The translations under genes were made by a program, and so were the position numbers. Below, piece by piece: positions 44,926-58,460 of a stretch of 64,000 nt of DNA. The first letter of the stretch is position 1, and each line of letters begins with the position of its first letter. This DNA comes from the human T2T-CHM13v2.0 reference genome, Homo sapiens: the NCBI RefSeq assembly GCF_009914755.1, contig NC_060937.1, one strand, 5' to 3'. Under the pieces are notes generated by a model, which was not told the origin of the DNA, ran no database searches, and worked only from the letters and a program-made list of their open reading frames with translations.

Positions 44926-45309
44926 AGTGTTAGTCCATTTTCACACTGCTATAAAGAACTACCTGAGACTGGGTAATTTATGAAGAAAAGAGGTTTAATT
45001 GACTCACAGATCTGCAGGCCATACAGGAAGCATGACTGGGAGGCCTCAGGAAACTTACAATCATGGCAGAAGGTGAAGGGGAAGCAAGCACGTCTTACCG
45101 TAGCAGAGCAGGAGAGACAGAGACTGAAGGCGGAAGTGCCACACTTTTTAACCATAAGATCTCGTGAGAACTCACTCACTATCACGAGAACAGCAAGGAG
45201 GAAATCCACCTCCATGATTTAATCACCTCCCACAAGGCCCCTCCTCTGACACGTGGAGATTACAATTCGAGATGAGATTTGAGTGGAGACGCAGAGCCAA
45301 TGCCTGTCA
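44926..45309 (-). mobile_element. MSTA-like MaLR solo LTR
   Basis: ttagtccattttcacactgctataaagaactacctgagactggg..tacaggaagcatgactgggaggcctcaggaaacttac. Confidence 0.88.
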
Positions 45310-46711
45310 CTTGGGTAAGTGAAGGAGATTGAGCAGAAGTTATAATTCTAGTATTTCCTCACATAATTGCCTTATATTAATACAACGTATTTTATTTTAA
45401 AATTAGAATAGCTACACAAAAAGCAAAACTTATTCATAATCTGATCCCTAAAAATTAAGCAAGATCAAGAATTGCAAATTCTTCCAGATTCCTTTCTGTA
45501 TATATAGATTGACATATTATGCATGAATTATAAAATTGATATTCTATTTACATACCGTTTGGTAACCTGCATATCATTTAACTCTTTATAAGGTGAGACA
45601 TTTTCCAAGAACTATATATTTTGGTGGTATAGATTCCTTAGTGGCTTCCAAGTATGCCTCTGTATGTATATGTATTTACTTAACACACTACCTATTAATG
45701 GATTTTATATTGTTTTCCATTTTCATCGTTGTAAACAAATACATTGCAAAATTAATATTGTTCTATTAAAAGCAAATCTAAATAGTAAGATATTTGATAC
45801 TTGACAAATTTTCTAATTTTCTTCAAGAAATGAAGTACCAAAATATTCTGCCACTAGAAATTTATGAATACCCCGTTTCTACATACTCTTATAATTAACC
45901 TTAAGAACTATTTTCCAAATATACGTGTAAAAAGACTTACATGCAAATATATATATTTATATCTTACCATCAAAACTGGACCTGCATCTAAGTGATCTTG
46001 GCATGATACCAACATGATTTTCCTAGAATTGCCTATCTCCCTGTCTTATAAGATTTTTTATCATAAAACTCTTAAAGCTTTAGATCGTGGAATTATGACC
46101 ATTCTATATATTTGGTAGTTTTTTTTAACTGATGCTATAGTGTTGTTCTGTCTGTATTTGTCATTTACTGATATGAGATAAAGTAAGCAAGCTTTCACTA
46201 ATATAGCCAGATGCACAAACATTTTTAAAATGCATGGGGTGGTCATTGTGTACATGAGATTGACACACTTTGGAGAGTTTGAATTTTGCCAGAGTCTTGT
46301 CTGTAACATAGAATGTGATCTTATATAATGTTTCTGATTCTGATCGTCTTCACGCCTCTCTTAAAAATGTAAAAAGTCTTAGTTAGATTTTTCTCAGCAT
46401 CATCAGCTCATAGTATATGTTCTCAGAACCATCTGGCCTGTTGGACTACATAAGAGCAGTTTCAGAGGGAAATAAATGTTGAAGCCAGATGGATGAATAT
46501 ACAGAGAGTGAAAGTAAAGTCAGTGAGCATAAAGAATTATTTCTAGAAATTTTACTTATAAAGTTAAAAGAGAGATTCATTGTTGTCTAGAATTTAACTC
46601 TCAAAGAAGAATGTGGTAGTTTTGTTAGTTTGTATAGTTTTTAGATGAAAGAGTCTTAAGTATTATTACGTATTTATGATAAAGTTTCAGGAGAGAAACA
46701 GTTCATGTCAC

Positions 46712-46945
46712 TGCTGTGTACTAAGTGTTTATATTGCTTCAAAATTTGTATTTGAACACTGTAACTCCCAATGTATTTGGAGGTGTGCAAACCAAGAAGG
46801 AATCTTCACCAGAAACTGAATCTCTCAGAACCTTGATCTTGGACTTCTCCACCCTCCAGAACTGTGAGGAATAAATGATGAATGTCGGTTGCTTAAGTCA
46901 ACCAGTCTATGACATTTTGTTTCAGCAGCCCAAGTTAACTAAGAC
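46712..46945 (+). mobile_element. MLT1A-like LTR with internal deletion
   Basis: ccttgatcttggacttc..cctccagaactgtgag..aataaat..cagcagccc..actaagaca. Confidence 0.7.
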
Positions 46946-47974
46946 AGCCACTAAAGACAGAGCTGATAGAGCAAGACCCCTTGAGAAATCACAAGTCAGT
47001 ATGGAGACATGAGCACAGGTAAAATAATTGTGTGGCTTAGAAGACGTATATCCATCCTACTTGTCCTGAAGAGAAAGAGGAAAGACTGCAGTGAATATCA
47101 ATAAATTTATTGGTGGAAAAAGTAAGTAGTTATGGAAATTCATAATTGATAGCCTGAATTACTTCTTCATAGCAGGAGGCAAGGTCATCTCAAAGAATGT
47201 TTAAAATGGGAAGAGATATAGTAAAGGATTGACACCTGTCATGAATAAAAAATGAAAGCTGGCTGGGAGTGGTTCTCAAACTGCGTTGAAAACTCAAACT
47301 CAAAATAATTTTCCAGTAGATTTTTGCTCTTGCCTTTCTTGTTTGTTGAGAATTTTCTCAACTAATTTTGAGAAACATTTAAGAATCATTAAAATCTAAA
47401 AGATTTGATGAGCTGATTGGCTAATGGGGAATCCAATTACAGTGTAGGACCCACTAATTTGAAGCCAAGGTACACTGTAAGAGTATGCTGATGGGTTGCT
47501 GAGGTTGGCTGAAAATGATAATTTGCCACACTGGTAGAAAGAAAAATCTAGGAAAGAGGCTATGTTAGCCTAGTGCATTCTGGAGATGTCAGGAATTCTG
47601 GAAAGATTTGAAGAAGAAAGAGACCATCATGTAGAATGTCCTTGATTAACGCAGAGGAGTGTTCTAAACATTAGTAGTAAATACGAACAAATGCAGAGGA
47701 TATACTCAAATAAAATGAATTTCAAATCAGATGATAATTTTGCTTGAGGGTAGAGTCTAGTGGCAGCCCTAAACAGTTAAAAGAGTGCGAAAAGCTGTGT
47801 GTTCAAAATCACTTTGAATGTGATTTAACTAAATATTACTTAAAAGTACACATTATAACATTAATATTTACTATTATTGAAATAACTTGGATTGAGTGAT
47901 TAACCATTGTCAAACTTGTACTGTGTAACTAAATATGCATACGCCTTAGCTCAATGAACTTCATTTTAAGAAAG

Positions 47975-48085
47975 CATTATGACCATTTATAGAGGAAGAA
48001 ATCAAGAGTTAGCATGTAAGTAACTTATTGAAGATTACACAGCTGGAAAGAGGATGTGCCTGGATAAAAGCCAGGTCCATCTTAT
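47975..48085. mobile_element. MIR fragment
   Basis: catttatagaggaagaaatcaagag..taagtaactta..aagattacacagctggaaag. Confidence 0.5.
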
Positions 48086-48132
48086 TGGAAAACTGCCTCT
48101 GGAGTAGGGATAAAGTTGGGGAGAACAGAGAG

Positions 48133-48430
48133 TTTGTTTGTTTGTTTTGAGACAGACTCACTCTGTCAACCAGGCTGGAGTGTGGACTGCAGTGGTGCAA
48201 TCTAAGTTCACTGCAACCTCAGCTCAGTGCGACCTCCCAGGCTCAAGCAATGCTCCTACCTCAGCCTCCTGAGTAGCTGGGACTATAGGCATGTGCCACC
48301 ATACCCAGCTAATTTTTGTATTTTTTTAGAGACAGGGTTTCACCATGTTTCCCAGGCTGATCTCAAACTCCTGAGCTCGAGCAATCTACCCACCTGGGGG
48401 ATTACAGGAGTGAGCCATCACTGCCTGGCC
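48133..48430 (-). mobile_element. AluJ element
   Basis: Antisense Alu with a (tttg)n tail and J-like ggctcaagcaat / ctcctgagctcgagcaatc. Confidence 0.9.
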
Positions 48431-49073
48431 AGTTGATGGAGGTTGAATGCCAGATAATTGAGGATTAAAAGGGTGGTAAGGTGGTGGTTAAAACAATTTA
48501 AATTTCTTTGAAAACATTTGTGAAAAAGGAGTGAGATAATACTGTATCTTATGAAGAATCAGAATAAAATTTGTTTTTTTTTTTTTTTGTATTTTATAAT
48601 TTTTGCATTAAGAATGGACAACTTTTAGTACATTTGGGACAGGGAGGATGCCTAGTAAAGAAAGCTTATTGAGGACGGGTAGAAGATAAGCCAATATAAA
48701 TAGATGGTATGATTTTTCATAACATGAGATGAAGTGAGAGACAAGAAATATTCAAAGCAAAATATCAAAGGAGAAGAAAAGATCAGTGACAGTCATTCAT
48801 TTTTTATCAGGTTTTAGATAACTCATGGACTCAGAAAGGGATGTAGTTCTTTCATTTGCATATGTATCACTCTTAGAAATTTGTTACTTAATAGATATTC
48901 CTATTGATGTAATTTTAATTAATTCAGAACTTGCTAAATCATTTTTCTGTCAGGAAATATTAGGGCAACAATGCAAATTGTATACTGAGAATAAAAGAAG
49001 GAAAGAGAGAAAATGAAATAAGAGAAGGGAGCAAAAGAGAGAGGAAGAAAGGAAGACAGAAGGGAACATTATT

Positions 49074-50290
49074 TGTTGAATTGAATCCTGTCCTGCAAAA
49101 AAAGAAATTGAAGTCCTTTCCTCTGCTGTCCATGAATGTCACCTTACTTGGAAATAGAGTCTTTGTAGATGTAATCAAATTAAGATAAGGCCATTACAGT
49201 GGGCCTAATCTATTATGATGGATATCCTCATAAGAAGGGGAAATTCGGACACATGTTGAAAGTGCCTTTACAAAATTTATAACTTTTGCAAAATTAGACT
49301 AAGGAAAATTTGCAAAATTTGCAAATTATAACTAAGGAAATTATGAAAATTCCATCTTGCTTCTAACCTCTAAACTGCCCTTATCCATTCGTGGGTGTAG
49401 GCCATACTAGTATCGGAAAGGAATTTAGTTTATACTTTAAAGAACAGCCCTTCTCTAAAGCTAAACTGTTCTTGTAAAATGAATGAAAGGCCACCAGCCA
49501 CCAAGTTAGAATGAGAGGGGCTGGAATTCTAAATATTACCAGCTATTATTCTGGAAGTCATAAGATTCGCAACTTCCCCAATTACTCTTAAAGGTAACAT
49601 CACTATTGTGAACCTAAGATTGGCCTTTTGAGATGTCTTTTCAGGTTTTTGCATTTCTAACAATCAGATGGCCCCACCTGGACCTGCCAACCAGTTTGAT
49701 GGCCCCACCCAGCAACTGACTTAGCATAAGGGAACAACTTTGACTCCCTATGATTTCATCCCCAAACCAACCAATCAGCACTCTCGATTCAGTGGCCCCC
49801 CCTACCCACCAAGTTATCCTTAAAAACTCTGATCCCAAAGTTCTCAGGGAGACTGATTTGAGTAATAATAAAACTCCAGTCTCTTCCACAGCCAGCTCTA
49901 TGTGAATTGCTCTTTCTCTATTTCAGTTCCCTTGTCTTGATAAATGGGCTCTTTCTAGGCAGTGAGCAAGGTGAACCCCTTGGGTGGTTACAATGTTAGA
50001 GACAGACACACAGAAAAGGGAGGTCATTCAGAGACAATAACTGAGAGGACAGCGATCTGAAGACAGAGGCAGAGACTGGAGTTCAGCTACAACAAGCCAA
50101 GTAAATACCAAAGACTGTTAGAAGTTAGAGAGACAAGGAAGGATTCTCTCTTATAGGCTTCCAAGACAGCAGGCCCTTGGACGCCTTGATTTCAGACTTG
50201 TAGTCTCCAAAACTGTGAGAGAATACATTTCAGTTGTTTTAAGCCATCCAGGTTTTGGTCTTGTATTATCAGGGTTTGGAAACTATTACA
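49074..50290 (+). mobile_element. MLT1B/C-like LTR split by LTR8A
   Basis: 5' half at 49074-49256 (gaatgtcaccttacttggaaatagagtctttgtagatgtaatc) and 3' half at 49993-50290 (gaagacagaggcagagactggagt..ccttgatttcagactt..ggaaactattaca). Confidence 0.8.
49257..49992 (+). mobile_element. LTR8A-like ERV1 solo LTR
   Basis: TG...CA termini (tgaaagtgccttt...gggtggttaca). 4-bp TSD atgt at 49253-49256 and 49993-49996. Confidence 0.85.
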
Positions 50291-50924
50291 GACCCCCAAG
50301 TTATGAATTTCAGCAGCTGTATATAAATAGCCATATTCACTTCTCTTCCCATTCAGAAGTAGAGAGCTTATTTTTTCCTCTCTTGGGAAGAAGGGGAAGG
50401 TCTCTACATCCAAACTCAAGTTTCACGGGGGCAGAAGACATTTCATTACTCTTTGAGAGGTAGCAAATGTCCCCACTATAAAGAAACCTAAGTATAGGCT
50501 CTGAGTCTGTGTCTCTCAGTCCTCGTTTTCTTATTTTTCTTATTAGGCCACTCGCTTAGCATCTTATTACCTAAGGATCTTGGTGTTTTCTTGCCTCACA
50601 AAAAAGTGGATAAATGGTATAATGTTAATGTCTTCAACAAGATAAGTAGTGTCAAAACTGTACCCTTAGGTATGTAGTTATATTTATTTAGAAAAAAAGT
50701 GTACATATTTGACGATATCTGCATTAGATTTCTCTCTGGATAGAATCAATCTGTTATTTAGCTGTTCCTCTGTAACATGTTTGATGACACATAATCCCTT
50801 TTTTATTTTATTTTATTTTATACTTTCTGCCTTGGGTGTGATTTCACATCTCTGAGTAAATAATTAAGAAGATCTTTCCTGGGATACTGTAATATAAAGA
50901 AAGAAAATAATTATATTATCCTTG

Positions 50925-51307
50925 CGTGAGAGGAAAATACAAACTCAGGACCTAGTTCACTATGCCAAAAGGAAAAAATTAAGCTGGAAGGCAACTTATT
51001 GAACAAACTGCCCTTCCTTTTGTTCCTAAGCAGGTAGCTACAAATAAAGGGTTAAACATCTCCACAGGTAGCTACTCTATGTTCACCTCATCCTATGCAA
51101 AGTGCCCATTTGCTAAGCACAGGAAAAATGCCTAATGGACTATTCCTCTACATGCTCCTTTGCTCTTGCAACCACACCCTCTTTCTCCTCCAGCCCACTT
51201 ATTCCCAGAAACCACAGACCGTTTCTGTGATTCTGTGTTCTTTGCTTCCAGGCATTGTGCTTAACCTTGGCACATTGAGACCTGTCTCAGATACTTCTTG
51301 GTTTACA
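50925..51307 (+). mobile_element. MER4-group ERV1 solo LTR (internally deleted)
   Basis: tcactatgccaaaaggaaaaaattaagctgg..actgcccttccttttgttcctaa..gagacctgtctcagatacttcttggtttaca. Confidence 0.7.
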
Positions 51308-52136
51308 CTCATCCAAACTAAAGGACAGCTGCTCAGAAAGCAACTACACACATCCTATCCATCATTTTTATTTTGTTGTCACAGACCTCTTTAGTAGGTT
51401 AAATACTTTCCCAGAGGTTGTCTTACTAGATTTTTGGTCCTACTGTAGCCATTTCTTAGCACTGTTACTCTTATTATATCCATGGTTGTTTACAATTTTT
51501 CCAAAAGATATTTTGGAAAGATTAGTTTCCCATTTTTGGTAGTACCTGTAATATTTTACATTGTTGACATTTCTGCATTTCAATTAATATTACCTAAATC
51601 CAAAATGAGATTTTCTTATATTGAAATTCACTTTCATGAAAAGACTTACATAGTACTAATATAACTTATCATATTAAAGATAATTGTCTTTGTTTTTCAT
51701 TTCATGTAAATGACTTCAATTTATTCAGCACTTATCTAATTTGTTGTAACTTCGAGTGTTTATTATAAAAAAAAAATTCACCAGATAAGATGAACATGCA
51801 GAGGTTGATTTTTTTTCCAATGCTGCTACCATTAGTAGGGAAGACAGTACAGATTAAGGCAGGATACTCAACTCTGCTCAAGGAAAGGCGGAAGAGATTT
51901 TAAGAGCTGGTGTGGGGGAATTGGCTCGCAGGCAATCTGTGTTTGCTAAATGGCTTTGCCCAAAAGAAAAGTTTGTCCTATCTTCAGGACACAAAGTAAT
52001 TTTACAACTTGGAGCGCCCAGGGATATTAGACTCCTAACATTTCCACAGAAACTTGGAGATAGAGGCCCCATTTTCCTTCCATGTTTACATTTCCAAGAG
52101 ATAGTTCTGTGGATCATTGAGAAAGATATTTCCTGA

Positions 52137-53094
52137 TGATAGAAGCAGGAGGCACAGAAATTCTAGGCAAACGGGTGAGTTCCCGGCAAAACCTCAAAAG
52201 CCTGAACCCCATGGCCCAAAGTGTGAACTTCTATCCCTATTTGTCTGCTCTTTCCCTATTGGTTCTTTCTGAACAATGTCTTTTTACCAGTCGAATGTTG
52301 TCTTTTCCCAAACTACTTATGGCCCACCCTATCCCCCATCTGGTGCCTACAAAGAACTCAGACTCCATCAGTAGAGAAGGATAAGTGGCTTGACTGAAGA
52401 GAGGCGACTTGACTTCAGAGGGACAAGTGGACTTAAGAGGAGAGATGGCTTAATTTCGGAGAAGAGCTGGCTGTAGACTATCGGACTTTAGGAAAGATTA
52501 TCTGCCTATCCCATTCCCTCTTCAGCTCCCCTCCCTGCTGAGAGCCACTTCCATTACTAAATAAAATTCTCTGCCTCCATCATCATTCAAATGTCCATGC
52601 AACCTAATTCTTCCTGGACACCAGACAAGAGCTCAGAACCCCCTGAGTGCAGGTACCTAAAAAAGGCTGTCACAGTGGCCCTTTGTCCTCGTAGAGTGGC
52701 AGCCACTTCACCTGATGAGGCAAGGGGCCCACTGAGCTGACAGCAAAGCTCTGTACATGAACAGCGGAGCTAAGAGAGCATTGGAACGTGCCCTCTGGGG
52801 CTTTAAGGGTTGCAGGCACCCCCACCTCAGTGCTGCTGTGGGGCCCGCCAGAGCCTGCTCTTGCCAGCACCCAAAGTGGCCAGCCAGATCCTGCACTCGT
52901 TTGCCCACACCTGGTCTGGCTGCGGAGCCCACAGGGAGACTGCCCCAGCTGGTGCCCTAAGTGGCCAGCTGGATCCTGCACCCGCTTGCTCACATGCTCC
53001 CTCCCACAAGAGGTTGATGACAGTGGGCCAAGTAAACAGGGTACCCCCCACCCATTGCATGTCTGATGAAGGAGTCAAGCAAACTCCTGCATCA
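52137..53094 (+). mobile_element. ERV1 solo LTR, MER52/LTR1-related
   Basis: TG...CA termini (tgatagaagcaggaggcacagaaattctaggc...cctgcatca), AATAAA at ~52559 and imperfect TSD ctga/ctgg. Homologous, in opposite orientation, to 33730-34690. Confidence 0.8.
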
Positions 53095-54042
53095 CTGGGC
53101 TATAAAACTGGCAAGAGGTTTTTAAAAAGATAAACACATATTTTAAATCGTTGGATAAAAATATGTGATTATAAGTAAATGCTCTAAGAAAAGGGAGATC
53201 AAGAACCTCTAGTCAGGAAGAAATCTGTCTAAAATTTGGTCCATATAAGGGGAATATTAATGCCATCTTGGTCCCTTATAAACTAAAGCAACACTTCTGT
53301 TGTGTTTAGTGAATGATAGACTTGCTTCCCACTCTCTTCTGTTAAAGTCACGTGATTGCATCTAGATAAAAGTGGAACCACTTTTTCTGCAATCATTCAG
53401 CTTAAGAAAATCTACCCAAGCACATTTTCACATGAATTTTGTAATTGAGTAGTATGGAATCTATGTGAGTATTACTTTAAGAACTACATGATTATATGTT
53501 CAATAAATATGTCCAGTAGTAAGTGTTATAAAGATGAAAGTAATGATGGAAGATTGAACACTCTTAAGTAATTGAATAAAATAGAGTCTGGTTATTCCGT
53601 AGCATCAGTGTTATAAAAATTCTTACCAATTTACTTAAATGTCTCAAACTAGCTTCATATTATTGACATTATACAAGCAAAAGTAAAGTGAATGGTGGAA
53701 GTATTGGCTTCTTGGTAGCATCAACAAACAACAGTTATTAATTTTATTGTAATTATTATGTAATTTAGCAACTTTAATTACTAATCAGAAATAGATTGAA
53801 TGAAATAGATAGATAGTAATAATATAGTTGTATTTCAAAAAGCAAAACTACTCAATAGTTTAAAGATGTTAATAATCTTAAACAATATTTTTTGAGAACC
53901 TATTATAGTTCAGGTATTCTTCCATAAGCTTCAAGGTCACTATCTCATTTCATTTCATTAACTTCTATGTAATAGGTTGGTAACATTCTACTCTTAAAGA
54001 TGAGGATAAATGTGTATTTAAATAAGAAGACAAAAAAAATCT

Positions 54043-55161
54043 TGTAGAGGCCAAGGGGAAAGTTTCCCTTGGCCCTCTGAAGGTTCACAGGAAAATCAAC
54101 TCACAAAAGGCAGATTACTTGGGGAAAAGGCATACAAATTTATTTAACCTGCATGCAAGGGAGTTTTCAGAGTGAAGATCTAAGTCCTTAATGAGCTATA
54201 GAAGCATAGATACCATCTTGAAGTGACAGAAAGAATGACTGCTTGGTTCCAGGAAATTAGGTTATTATAGTGGAGAAAAGAGGACTTCTGTCGAAGGCAA
54301 TAAATGATTACTGGAGAGAGTTCAATGGGCTTGAAGAACATAGAATGATCTGGGACAAAGTGTATTGGTCCCACAGAGTAGACAATGGTTAGTGACAAAT
54401 GTCTGTCCAGGTGTGTTGACAGACCTTAGTCTTCCTTTTTGTAATATGGGTTCAGTTAATAAAAATGCGGAGAAGAGGCAAGAGGTAATTGTCTTCTTTT
54501 GTAGGTCCAGATTTTAGGTAGATAAGAGATCTTCAGAGAATTCTATACTTTGGGAGAAACAGTGAAGGGAACAGGAAAGTGAAACTGGCCCAGTTGTCCC
54601 ATGGAACTGATGCTAATGGTTTCTTTTGAGTAAACATATAAATTTATTCTCACAGTTTTAAAACTTGAGAAAGTTACATATGTCTTATTGGAGTTGCTTT
54701 CTCAGGAAACCACCATGAAGGCTCCCAGATAGTATCAAGGAACTGAAACTTACCAGATCGTCATATCTGTACAATGACACTTCAGATTTCTCACCCATCA
54801 TGATTGCCATACCAATCACCTGCTTCCTGTTAACCAAATCCTTTTCCTTACCCCTCCCTAATTCCTGTTTTCCTGCATGTAGTTATATTTCTTCCCTTCT
54901 ATATGAATCCCTGATTTTAGCTGTTCAAGAAGATGGAATTGAGATTGGTTCCCATATCCTTGGCTGCAACGCCCAATTAAAGCATTCTTTCTTGGCAAAA
55001 CTTTTTGTCTCAATGATTGGGTTTCTGTGTGGTAAACAACAGAACCTATACTGAACCCGTGATGTTTTAGTAACAAGAGATCAGAGAGATCTTGGGGCTC
55101 CTTTTCAGTTCAGCATGTACAAAATACCATGTTTTGGGCTATTAGTTTCTGAGCCTTAACA
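54043..55161 (-). mobile_element. ERV LTR (MER31/MER67-type; family uncertain) split by a younger LTR
   Basis: tgtagaggccaagggg..gccctctgaaggttc..aaaaggcatacaaatttatt ... resumes at 55076 and ends tttctgagccttaaca. Confidence 0.6.
54580..55075 (+). mobile_element. LTR47A-like solo LTR
   Basis: tgaaactggcccagttgtcccatggaactgatg...gatgttttagtaaca with TG..CA termini. The family name is from recall. Confidence 0.65.
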
Positions 55162-56300
55162 AAATCATTAGGCTAGAGTAAGCATGGCAGATGCAGGTCA
55201 ATTAAAGTTAAGGAAAAATCTAGAAACATAGTAGTTCATACAAAAACTTACCATCTGATAACAAAAGCACCAAATGAGAAGCAATTAAGGGAAATGGAAT
55301 TTTTGAAACATTCTGTAAGAAAAATTAGGAAAAACTTTGAGTTATTGTAAACTTCACTTATTTTACGCAAAAAAATGAATTCAAAATCATTGAGAGTAAA
55401 ATGTTAAGCAAACAATCCAAAGCAAATAAACAAATTGGGGGAGGAGTACAAATAAATATTAAGTTTATGTGTGGCATAAGAATCCTCTCTTTATAAAAGT
55501 AAATTGAACAGGTCACAAGTAAAATGATGTGTTTCAACTTATATTTTATGCTCCTATAATATACACTACAATAATAAAATTAAAAATATTAAAAGATATG
55601 CAAAAATGCAACTGGGTGAATATAACAAATGATTAATGTAACTAATTTGATCATTTAATTATACCAATATATTCTTTTCACTTTTCTTTTAATGTTCATA
55701 TAGTAAAATGCATCTTTTCTTGGTGTTTACATCCATGAATTTTAGAGCATGCATAGATTCTTATAACCACTACCACATATAGGATATTTCCACCCCACAG
55801 AGAACCCCTTTGTAATGCATTTTGTATTTAGTCCCTTTCCATACCCTTAGTTCCTGGAAATTCTTAATCTGTTTCCTGTCTCTGTAATTGTGCCTTTTCC
55901 AAAATGTCATATAAACAGAATCATATCATATATAACCTTTTGAAACTAGCTTCTTTCACTTAGTATTTAGGATTCCTCTAAGCTTTCAAATGTATTAATT
56001 GTTCCTTTTTTATTGCTGAATAGTGATTTGTTCCATTGTATGAAAGTACCTCACTCTATCAATTGATGTTTTGAGGAACATTTATGTTGTCCCTGATATT
56101 TGGCAATGATGAATAATGCTAATATATGCAATTATATAAGGGCTTAGCATCAATGTAGTTTTCTTATTGTTACGTTTAGATAGTTTTTTATATATCTAAA
56201 AACCAAGACAATTTTTAGATGCTTAAATTGAAAATGCCTTCACCCAGTTTGTGGCTTATCATTTAATTTTCCTAAGTAAATAGCACCTTTCTCTTCTCTC

Positions 56301-56594
<294 letters not shown>

Positions 56595-56634
56595 TACTTA
56601 TTTTTGTTATTGTCCACCTGAATTAATTTTCTTC

Positions 56635-56918
56635 TTTTATTAGAAATATTTAATTGGCCAATTACCATGGTACCTATACAAGGTATACAATGTGATGATT
56701 TTGATAAATGTATATGTCATGTAATGATATCACAATCAAATTGATTAATACATTGATCAACACCCAGTTACCATTTGAGTGTGTATTTGTGTATGTGTAT
56801 GTGTGTGTGTGTGTGTGTGTAGTGAGAATACTTAAAATCTGCTCTTTTATCCAATTTCAAGTAAACAGTACAGTATTATTAACTATAATCTCCATTCTGT
56901 ACATTAGATCCCCAACCC
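56635..56918 (-). mobile_element. L1MA-type 3'UTR fragment containing (GT)n
   Basis: aaggtatacaatgtgatgatt..gtgagaatacttaaaatct..caatttcaagta..tattattaactata..tgtacattagatc. Confidence 0.7.
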
Positions 56919-57545
56919 TTTGATTAACATCATAGAGTATTGTATAAGTCAAGAATGGCTTTTTTGTTTGTTATGGCATATTTGTAGCAATGGCTGTCTT
57001 TCACCTTTCAGAATTCTTGCAACTTTTAAAAATCAATCAACCATATTTGTGTGGATTTATTTCTGGACCCTCTATTATGTTCCATTGATTTATGGGTCTA
57101 TCCTTTCACTAACACCATATTGTCTTGATTAATGTATCTTTATAGCAAATCTCAAAATCGGTTAGTGTAATTCTTTCAGCTTCATTTTTCTTTTTCAAAA
57201 CTCCTGATTATTCTAATGCTTTTTCCTTTTCATATAAATCTTAAAGTCAGCTTATCTATATCTACAAAACTTACTGCTTGTGTTTTTATTAGGTTTTGTT
57301 AAATCTGTAAATCAATTTGGGGAGAATTAGCATAGAACTCTACTGAGTCTCCCAATTTATGACCCTTTTGATTTCTTCCAACAGTGATTTCAGCATACAG
57401 ATCCTGCACATGTTAGATTTATCCCTAAGTATTTCATGTTTTGGAGCTATTGTAAATTGTACTGTTTTGTGTTTACCAATTATGTTTATTCCAGAAATAA
57501 AATTTTGATTTTATATGAAAAAATTAATGAATGAAGCTCACCATG

Positions 57546-57899
57546 AGATATGGTTTGGCTCTGTGTCACCACCCAAATCTCATCTCAAATTGTAATCCCC
57601 AAAATCACCACGTGTTGAGAGAGGGACCTGATGGGATGTGATTGGACCATGGGGGTGGTTTCCCCCATGGTGTTCTTATGACAGTGAGTGAGTTCTCATG
57701 AGAGCTGATGGTTTTATAAGTGTTTGACAGTTCCTCTTTTACACACTCTCTTGCCTGCCACCATGTAAGATGTTCCTGCTTCCCCTTCCACCATGACTGT
57801 AAGTTTCCTGAGGCCTCACCAATCATACAGAACTGTCAGTCAATTAAACCTCTAAGTCTCAGGTGTTACTTTATGGCACTGTGAAAGTGGACTAATACA
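57546..57899 (+). mobile_element. THE1D-like MaLR solo LTR
   Basis: gatatggtttggctctgtgtcaccacccaaatctcatc...gtaagtttcctgaggcctc..caattaaacctct..ggactaataca; near-TSD ccatg/ccata. Confidence 0.88.
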
Positions 57900-58460
57900 C
57901 CATATTAAAAGATTAATTAAAAAGTGGTATTTAATAATTTAAAATTATATGAAAAATGATAAAATTAAATGTTGATTTATATTTTAAAAATATCCGTTAG
58001 CATAATCAGGATAGAAGGTAAGTTCTTTAACGTCATAAGTTGCATCTGTGAAAAAATATTCAACAAATACTATTAATGGTTAAAGTTTGAAAGTATTCTC
58101 CCTTAAAATAAGGTATAAGACAATGTCTCCTATACTTCTTCCAGCCTTGGCAGCTGAATAAGGAAATCAAAGACATAAGTTAGAAAGAAAGACTCAAAAA
58201 TACTATGCAGCTGATATGCCTGTCAACATGGAAAACACCAAGGAATCTAATTAATAAATGGAGCAAGACTGTTTGATTTTTAAAATGGCATATAGAACTC
58301 AATTTCATTTCTACACAATGCTGATAGTATGTAAATATTAAAATAACTATTTCAAAATAGTATTTTTAACATATCAAAGCTTATAAAACAAAAGACTTGC
58401 ATCAAATTTATCAGGGAAGTTATTTTAATAACCAAAAAATATTAAGGAAACCAAATAAAA
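57900..58460 (+). mobile_element. Degenerate L1M ORF2 fragment
   Basis: caggatagaaggtaagttcttta..tgaaagtattctcccttaaaataaggtataagacaa..tgcagctgatatg..gaaaacaccaaggaatcta. Confidence 0.5.

Noticed and set aside
52670-53133. Cluster of overlapping ORFs on both strands
   Set aside because: This is GC-rich LTR sequence, which is depleted of stop codons; no protein similarity is recognised.
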